A DNA stretch of 64,000 nucleotides from Octopus vulgaris (taxonomy: Eukaryota). Of this stretch, positions 55,627 through 64,000 are shown in pieces; positions within the stretch are counted from its first letter, which is position 1; each line of letters opens with the position of its first letter. The stretch spans positions 171,678,001 to 171,742,000 of the forward strand of contig OX597815.1 of the NCBI GenBank assembly GCA_951406725.2. The letters run 5' to 3'. A model generated the notes under the pieces. That model saw only the letters and a list, made by a program, of their open reading frames with translations. It was not told where the DNA came from and did no database searches. The translations under genes and the position numbers were made by a program.

Positions 55627-56713
55627 GGTAATATTCAAACTGCTTGAGGTGGTGAGCTGGCAGAATCATTAGCATGCCAAGCAATATGTTTAGCAGCATT
55701 TCATTCATCCTTGCATTCTGAGTTCAAATTTCACCATAGTCAACTTTACCTTTCATCATTTCGGATGTGTGTGTGTGTGTTGTGCCTCCTTGTCTTAAAA
55801 TGTGATAGCGGTAAATTAGTGTCACCTTAATACAACCAATGTTACTCATTTCTAATCTTCTGTGAAAAGATGTCTAGCCATGGGGAAATATTGCCTTACT
55901 TGGAAACATGTGTGAATTAGCAACAGTAAGAGCATCAGCTGTAGAAATCTGCCACAACAAATTTGATTTGATTTATGCATGCATGGAAAAATGGATATTA
56001 AAACGATACTGATGATACACACACATCTTGAATTATGCTTACATTTGTGTATATAAATGTATGTGTGAATAAATATCTATGAACATGTATCATATTATAT
56101 TATGAGTGCTATCATATTATGGGTGCTACATTATGATTAACTGAATATTAAATAAAAAGAGGGGAAAAAATCCAACATGTTTCACAAAATAATTTTCAAA
56201 TCTTTCAATAGCAATAAATCAACTGTAAGAATTTCCAAAAAACGACCTGTGATAAACAAAAATTGTTTCAAAAGGATTCAATAGTATAGTTTGCAAAATA
56301 TTCTCTGAAGAACAAGTTAGCACCCTCTTTAATAAAAACCATTATATCAAAGTTTAATTAGTGTGATTTTTCATCAAAATTTAATTAGTGTTATTTTTCA
56401 ATATATAAATAATGTGAAGAGATGTAATATTCAGTTCATTTCCAAGTGTATTCACAATTAAAACCATGTTACTCATAGTCTAATTCATTGAGAGGATTTA
56501 CTATTATACTATTTTACCCATAACTCTGAATAAAAGTAGATAAATGGAAGGGGTCTCTTTATTCCACCCTATAAAGAAAGAAAGAAAAAAAAGAAAAACT
56601 TAAAAATTTTCTAGAGCTGGTGTCAGAATAAAGCTCACCAAGTCCATGCTGTATATTGGTAGGGCATCCAGGTATTACAGAATGCATAACTGGTTTTATG
56701 ATACACATAACAT

Positions 56714-56893
56714 AGGCACAGGAGTGGCTGTGTGGTAAGTAGCTTGCTTACCAACCACATGGTTCCAGGTTCAGTCTCACTGCGTGGCACCTTGGGCTAG
56801 TGTCTTCTACTATAGCTTCAGGCCGACCAAAGCCTTGAGAGTGGATTTGGTAGACGGAAATTAAAAGAAGCCCATTGTATATATGTATATATA

Positions 56894-56934
<41 letters not shown>

Positions 56935-57145
56935 TTGTGTGTCTATGTTTGTCCCCCAACATCGCTTGACAACTGATGCTGGTGTGTTTACGTCCCCGTC
57001 ACTTAACGGTTCGGCAAAAGTGACCGATAGAATAAGTACTAGGCTTACAAAGAATAAGTCCTGGTGTCAATTTCTTTGACTAAAGGTGGTGCTCCAGCAT
57101 GGCCACAGTCAAATGACTGAAACAAGTAAAAGAGTAAAAAGAGTA
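56714..57145 (+). mobile_element. SINE family A, full copy
   Basis: Same head, body and tail as the copy at 52364. Confidence 0.9.
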
Positions 57146-58164
57146 AGAGAGAATTGTTTCTGCGTGTGTCACAGTAAGTGGCAAAATGCTTGGATATCCA
57201 AGACATCATGGAAAAAGAAAAAACTCTTTGATGATGATGATGCTGGTGGAGATGGGGAATATGATGATGATGATGAGGGTTTGAGTTATTCTAAGTCGAC
57301 TGAACAAAAAGACCACTGTTCAATAAAGGACTCAATCCCTTAATAAATGCAAAGTGTATATTCATGATTATTGACCTTACAAGCATGGAGACTGATTCAA
57401 CGTGTCACAACAATCTTTCCAGAAGTGAACTCTGAAGAGACTATGGGGTCACATTAAAACAGTTTGCATGCTGCAACATCAATACCATGAATGTATATGT
57501 GTGTGTGTGTGTGTGTGCGCCTGAAGACTGGAAACCAATAACTTCAACAGCCACACAAATTCAGCCTTGAATAAATATTCTTCTAATTTACTTAACAACA
57601 GCAAATACTTTCACTCTTAACTACAATTCACAACAGTGGGAAACTATCATACACTATATAAATACATTACAGACAGACAGATACGCATAGACAAATGCAC
57701 AAATGTGTGTGTTCTTATTTATATCCATTTTTCAATACAAGCTTGGGCTAGATACATATATTATTGATGCATTATTTTACAGCTGGGTGTCCTTCTTGTC
57801 ACTACCCTTACCTGTTTTTCAAGTTAAGGGATACTGAATTCCATATATTTTCAAAGTTGTAAAGTCAGCAGGTGGTCTGTTGACAATGTAAATGACAGCA
57901 ATATCAACGCCCACAGCTGAGCAAATTTCAGAAAAGTGAAAATACACAAACACTGGTGCAGACACAACTGAAGGTGGGAGATTCACCTCCCAGCTACTTG
58001 GTTTTTTCCAGTTAGGCCCCAGTGTGTGGTACCTTGGACAGATGTTTTCTATTGAGGCCCTGGGCTAACCGGGACCCTGTGAGCTGAATTAGTAAACAGA
58101 GGCTGTGTATATAAGTGTGTGTGTGTCATTATCTTGACATGGATTGATAGTTTTAACTCTAGTA

Positions 58165-58305
58165 TTAGGTTGTCCCAAAAGTTCGTAAACACTTGCGAAA
58201 ATTGAATTTTTACTCGCCAAGTACTAACAAAAACAACAAAAATTATTCCTCAAAATAAAGACCATTATTTTCCAAGACTTTCTACGAACTTTTGGGACAA
58301 CCTTA
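58165..58305. mobile_element. Tc1/mariner-type MITE
   Basis: TIRs aggttgtcccaaaagttcgta / tacgaacttttgggacaacct, with TA flanks. Confidence 0.85.
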
Positions 58306-59479
58306 TATTTAAACTGGCCATATCCAGCTCAAATATTCAAATGTTCAGACCAGCCAGATCTGGCCTCTCACACCTAGCCTATGATGTCATTTGGAAAGTA
58401 TAAAGCTATGAGAAAATACAGGATTAATTCCAAACAATGTGAATAAATAAACATTACATTTGACAGAGTAATCTGAATGCTAAAGGGTTAAATGAGGGTC
58501 GCTGTCACACAAGCAGTGTCATTTATTTCTAATATTCTGAGAAAACATATCTGGCCATGGAGAAATATTACCTTGCTCGGAAACAAATGAGTGGTGGCAA
58601 GAGTGGTGGCTTATAGAAAATCTGCTTCAATGAATTCCCATCCACTTTTCCATGCCTGTATGGGTCAAACAAGAATTTGTTGGGGCAAATTTTCTTCAAC
58701 TGGTTGCTCTTCCTCATACCAGCCCTTGCCTCTGTATAGAACATTGTAAATGACAACACTGCTTGTATAACAGTGACAATCATTTTCAACATACACAATG
58801 TAAAGGCAAAGAAACACAAACACACACACATATATTTACACATACATACATACACGCATGCACACACACACACATACACATATGTGCTACCAACATGCTG
58901 TGTTGCTAGTATCCATGCTGTGGAACAGATAAGTACCTAAATAACTTATTTGACCAAACTGCTTGCCAGAACTCAACAATAAATATCAGGTCTTCATATT
59001 GACACACCAAACTTGACATAGTTTATCAGAGAAGCAAGAAAACAACCATCTGCTAAAAATTTCCCTCATTTTGAAAGAAGTCTTATCGCAAAATGCTTTT
59101 TATATTTTCCTTTTTTTTCTTTAATTTTCTTAATGTCCCTATTTGTTGGAATACAATGTGTCACCTCTTTCCTTGCAGACAAAAAGAAGTTTATTTCTAT
59201 TATGCTTCTATGCACTGAGTATATGAAGATTAATTTATTTTTCTTAGAATTCACACTGCAAAAAGTCATCATCATTGTCATTTTTAACATCCACTTTTCC
59301 ACGCTTGCATTGGTTGGGCAGAATTTATTGTGACAACCGTTTCCAAGTAACATAATATTTCCCCATAACCAGATAAACTTTTATAGAATATTGGAAATGA
59401 AGGACATCACATGCATTATGGCGACACTCATTTACAACTATAACATGGTGTCAAGACAAGGAGAAATTAAATAAGACAA

Positions 59480-59512
<33 letters not shown>

Positions 59513-59513
<1 letters not shown>

Positions 59514-59872
59514 CTATTATATAAAATCCATTCTGTCTGTCTGTGTGTGTCTTCTAGGATCTCGGGCATCCTCTATCCGATTGCGCTCAAATTTGATGTG
59601 TAGATACCGACAGTATCAGGGCGTGTATAAGTCTTGAAAAAATTACCAAAATCGATACCAGGTGAGAATGCGATCGATAAAGCCGTTTTTCTTTGGAATA
59701 GAAAAAAGTCTATCTTTATTTCTTCTTTTGCTGGTGTCTCAAATTTAGATTAAATAAATCAGTGTTTCTCAAAGGGGAGGCCTATGGGATGGTCAGACAT
59801 GTTGTTTTGAGAAAATTTGGTTTAAATGTTTGACAACTCAGTACCATCCATTGGACGGGGGCATTTTGCTCG
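59513..59872 (+). mobile_element. Non-autonomous Helitron (internally deleted sibling)
   Basis: A|TCTATTATATAAAATCC start, ccatccattggacgg hairpin, CTCG|T end, no TSD. Confidence 0.75.
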
Positions 59873-60281
59873 TATATATGTATATATATTCCATCTGCCA
59901 AATCCACTCACAAGGCTTTGGTTGGCCTGAGGTTATAGTAGAAGACATTTGCCCAAGGTGCCACATAGTAAAATTGAATCTGGAATCATGTAGTTAAAAA
60001 GCAAAACTTCTTACCACACAGCCACACCCAGCATATTTGATTTTCTACTTATTTTTTTTCATTTTCAATAAGTGGCATTTAATTCCTTACTGAAATATCT
60101 GTCAGTTAAGTTATCATATTCCTGCTATGCACTTTCACAGTTTAAATTAAACCCATTATAACAAATCTTTTAAATTTAGTCAATTAACTGTTGAAACTCA
60201 TCTCTGATGTTTCTCCAGAAACAGAAGGTATTGCTTATGAACTTCAGCTCTTTTATAATATACACACATACACACATACAC

Positions 60282-60312
<31 letters not shown>

Positions 60313-60322
60313 TACACATATA

Positions 60323-61130
60323 CATAGGGGGTACCCAAAAGAGACCGGAATTTTGCAATATTATTTTATTCACTTAGTTTTACATGTGTACTATTTTATT
60401 GCCTTCAAAGTATTCTCCGTTTGAAGCAATGCATCAGTCCAGATGCATTTTCCACTATTCAAAGCAGTCTTGGAACTCTTGAAAAATGATGCCTTTTAAT
60501 GCCTCCATCATTTTTTCTTCAACCCCTTCCACAACTGCAAATTTCATAGCACCAGCTTTCATCACCAGTGATGACCTTCAAAAAGAAAGTCCACATCAAT
60601 TTCTAACTGCTAATTCAGTTCACGACAAGCATTCAGTTGTGACACCTTTTGATCTTCCATGACCAAGTGAGGCACAAATTTTGCTGCAACTCTTTACATC
60701 CACAATTCCTTACTCAAAGTTCGTTGGCAGGAGATGCAGGACACACCAGTCATATCAACAAGTTCATCAATTGCTCAGTGATGGTGCTCCAAGATCAGTT
60801 CAAGATGTTTTCATTTGTTCAGGAGGTCAACGGTTGTCCTGAATGAGGTTGGTCTTCCAGCAACAAATGACCATTACTTAAATATGAAAACCACTCATAA
60901 ACTTGTGCTTTACTCATAACAGCATCCATGTAAGTTGATTGAATCATCGCAACTGTTTTGGCCACCATTTTCCCCAGGAGAAAACAGAATTTCATGGAAG
61001 CATGCTGTTCCTTCATTTCAGCCATTACAAAAATCGATGAACTGGGGAAAAACATGGCAAAATAAAGATGCACCATTATGGTAGTACAACCTCATTGGAT
61101 GCCACAGGTTGGCAGACTGATGCCTGAGGG
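60323..61130 (-). mobile_element. Degenerate mariner transposase remnant
   Basis: MKEQHASMKFCFLLGK...AQVYEWF...LEDQPHSGQPLTS (mariner N-terminal HTH); ITGDESWC downstream; TIR-like end at about 60323. Confidence 0.85.
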
Positions 61131-61650
61131 TTGAATCAAGTGGCTTCTAATGGTGAAAGCCCTCATCGTTTGTTTTAACTGTTTTGTTCTCATTGTTCTA
61201 TCTTTTACTGTTTTTACTTTTTTATTGTTTTTACTGTTTTGTTCTTACTGTCCTGTTCTTGTTACCACTTTTACCCTCCACAAAAAATCCCAAATTTTAT
61301 TTAATTTGCTTTGCGAGAAGGACTGTTTCAATGAAGTCGCATCTTGTCCTTACTTTCGGAATGTGGAGTAGATGAAACAGGGACAACTTAAGAAGGGGAA
61401 TATTCCTTATGTTGTATGTCTCGTTTCTCTGTTTCTTTCGTTGTTTGAAAAAAAGTTCGTTTCTATGTTTTTGTTTTTAAGTTTATGTACATACCTACAT
61501 ATATATGTATATATACATGCATATATGGGTACAGGACATCAAAAAAACCTTGACCACAATGAGAAACGAATATATAAAATATATTTTTTTAAACATATAA
61601 CTAGATCACAAAAAGTATAAAAATGAATAATCAATGTATAAGTAAAACAA

Positions 61651-61751
61651 AACTACATACGTTTCATGGCTATAATTAAATTCGAATTACAACTAAATTT
61701 GAATTTAATCGAAAATTAATTCAATTTAAAATTATAGTCATTCTTCAGGTT
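61651..61751 (-). ncRNA. Type I hammerhead ribozyme motif (Penelope/retrozyme type)
   Basis: Minus strand reads AAC-CUGAAGA-AUGACUAUAAU...AUUAUAGCCAU-GAAAC-GUAU-GUA-GUU. The core is intact and helix III (ACGUAUGU) is self-complementary. Confidence 0.75.
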
Positions 61752-62524
61752 AACAATAATAGTTAAATAAATAAGTGAATGGAGTTTATATTTATTAAAA
61801 AAAAAATAAATAAAATAATAATTTTTCTTCTAGAAGAAACTCCATTAAGTAAATTTGAAATTTAAAACATTAGGATCCGTTTCCTACAATAAATTTATTA
61901 TCTTAAATATTTAAGGTTAAAAAAATACAGTAAATAGATAGAAAAATGTATTTATCTGTCAAGATATAATTTAGCTTAATAAAAAACATTAATAGACTAT
62001 AGAATATCTTTAATCTAGTTATACTCTAATACTTAATTATCAAACTATTTTACAAAACAATCACACTTAATATTGTTAAATTTTAGTTCGTATATAATAA
62101 TAAAATTATAAATAAAAAAAAATAAGTATCTAAATTATAATCAACAAATATAGTAATTAAAAATCTATATTTTTCTATCAATAAACATATAAACAATAAA
62201 TAAATTAGTCCATTATTACTTACATAAATATTACATATATCTTAGAAAATATTTATGAAATACAAAATAAGAACTGAAAAATTCCAAAGTAAAAACGTAT
62301 AATCTATCTTTATAGAATACTTATGATTACTATTGTTATTAAATGTAATAACACTAGAAATATGATACGACTTGAAATATAATTAGAAACTTATAGTTCA
62401 ATTAAAACATTTTTACGATCTAGATCCCAAAGTGACTAACGAATATCTTAAAATTTACATTCAAATATAATAATTATAAAATAATCATAATTAAATAAAT
62501 GTACATATCTAAATTACCATTAAC

Positions 62525-62541
62525 ATATATGTATATATATT

Positions 62542-62622
<81 letters not shown>

Positions 62623-62669
62623 TTGTGTGTGTGTGTGTATATATATATGTGTGTATATATAAGTATATT

Positions 62670-62702
<33 letters not shown>

Positions 62703-62731
62703 GTGTGTGTATATATATGTGTATATATATA

Positions 62732-62792
<61 letters not shown>

Positions 62793-62803
62793 ATATATAT
62801 ATG

Positions 62804-62846
<43 letters not shown>
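62525..62846. repeat. Compound (TA)n/(TG)n/(TAA)n microsatellite
   Basis: Seen directly; lies between the two hammerhead motifs. Confidence 0.95.
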
Positions 62847-62913
62847 TGAGGGAATATTATTCCAAACTTACAGGAAAAAATTGAATTTAGAAATACTAAA
62901 TCAAATTTCACAA

Positions 62914-62953
<40 letters not shown>

Positions 62954-63101
62954 AACACCTTTTATCAATTCAATAATGAAAAATTAAATTATACCATTTA
63001 GAAAAATTACATATTATAGAAAGATTAAATATAAGATAAAACATATTACAATGATTAAGTAATATGCAAAATAGTAAATAAAACGTATATATTTGGTAGA
63101 A

Positions 63102-63196
63102 TAACGACACGTGTTCCATGGCTATATTGAAGAATTGATAATAGTAATATTAATAGTAAAATCACTTCAATATAAATATAGCCACTCTTCAGGTTA
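63102..63196 (-). ncRNA. Type I hammerhead ribozyme motif with one core substitution
   Basis: Minus strand reads UAAC-CUGAAGA-GUGGCUAUA...UAUAGCCAU-GGAAC-ACGU-GUC-GUUA. Helix III is the palindrome ACACGUGU; GAAA is changed to GGAA. Confidence 0.7.
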
Positions 63197-63692
63197 AAGT
63201 TGAAAACAATAAAATAGTTAATTAGATAAATTAATAAATATATGTAAATGATCTTATAAAATACGAAATATCTTAATATATTCTTGTTTAAATAAAAAAA
63301 AATAGAATAAAAATAAGATACAATTAATTAAAATATTTAAAACAAATATATATATATAAGTAAAATACCAAATATACATTAAATTAAATTATTAATTAAT
63401 TTATTTATTTAATAAACTTCTAAATAAAATCTTATATTCATTAAGTAATATATAGTAAGCACCTTAATGTTAAGTAATATACATAATGTTAGTACAAGCT
63501 ATAAATATTAGAATTAATGATAGGAAAAGGTTTAAATATATACACACCTATTAGATAAACTAACTATATTATTAATATATATGTAGAATATATAGATTTA
63601 ATATTTTACTCAATTATATAGTTGACAAAAATATCAATTAATATTAAACTAATTTACATAAATGTAATATTAAACTAATTTACATGAATGTA

Positions 63693-63752
63693 ATATTATT
63701 TAATAGTTGGTTGGTCTATTTATTAATAGACCAACCAACTATGAAATAATAT
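63693..63752. repeat. 28-bp inverted repeat (hairpin)
   Basis: atagttggttggtctatt-tatt-aatagaccaaccaactat is a perfect 18-bp stem, extended by 9 bp after one mismatch. Confidence 0.95.
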
Positions 63753-64000
63753 ATTGTCTCACAAAACTAATTCTCAAATTAAATTATATATAATTCGTTA
63801 AATCGCATTATAAAATTAATGATAATTATCATAAAACATAAAACATAATAAATATATAGATATATATATCGTAACTAATAATTATCAAGAAATTATATAT
63901 AAATTAATATTTTAACAACAATAATAATCATAATAATAATCAAACTTAATACAGTTTAAGAGTTAAATAATATTGTTAAATATAAAACGTTACTTAGCTT

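Noticed and set aside
57432-57540. CTGAAGA motifs at 57432 and 57521
   Set aside because: The first has a GAC/GTC stem but no GAAA; the second has no room for helix II.
59066-59200. Possible upstream testican exon (KEVTHCIPTNRD...)
   Set aside because: No suitable phase-1 donor and no signal peptide; runs into a stop.
62499-62968. Ile/Tyr/Cys-rich ORFs
   Set aside because: Translations of microsatellites.

Overview
This is AT-rich, repeat-dense animal DNA. The SINE/RTE repeat set and (CA/TA)n load look like an octopod (Octopus) genome; that is inferred from remembered consensus motifs, not from a search. Most ORFs in the track are noise. One real gene was reconstructed by hand on the minus strand: a testican/SPOCK/Cow-like secreted protein with 8 phase-compatible GT-AG coding exons (55160->35165, about 364 aa visible). 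It carries an N-terminal Cys motif, an acidic then basic linker, a SPARC-type EC domain with two EF-hands, and a thyroglobulin-1 domain. Its 5'/signal-peptide exon was not found. It appears to lack the Kazal module and the acidic Ser-Gly GAG tail typical of the family. The rest is transposon debris: Penelope (RT thumb plus GIY-YIG, split by a TIR MITE with an 8-bp TSD), CR1-like and RTE LINE ends, mariner remnants, piggyBac/hAT MITEs, two inverted Helitrons, a degenerate Gypsy integrase and several tRNA-SINE families. The best non-coding signal is a set of Penelope-type type I hammerhead ribozyme motifs on the minus strand: two in tandem about 1.45 kb apart in the AT-rich end, with unusually long helix II, and one degenerate minimal copy at 23.8 kb.
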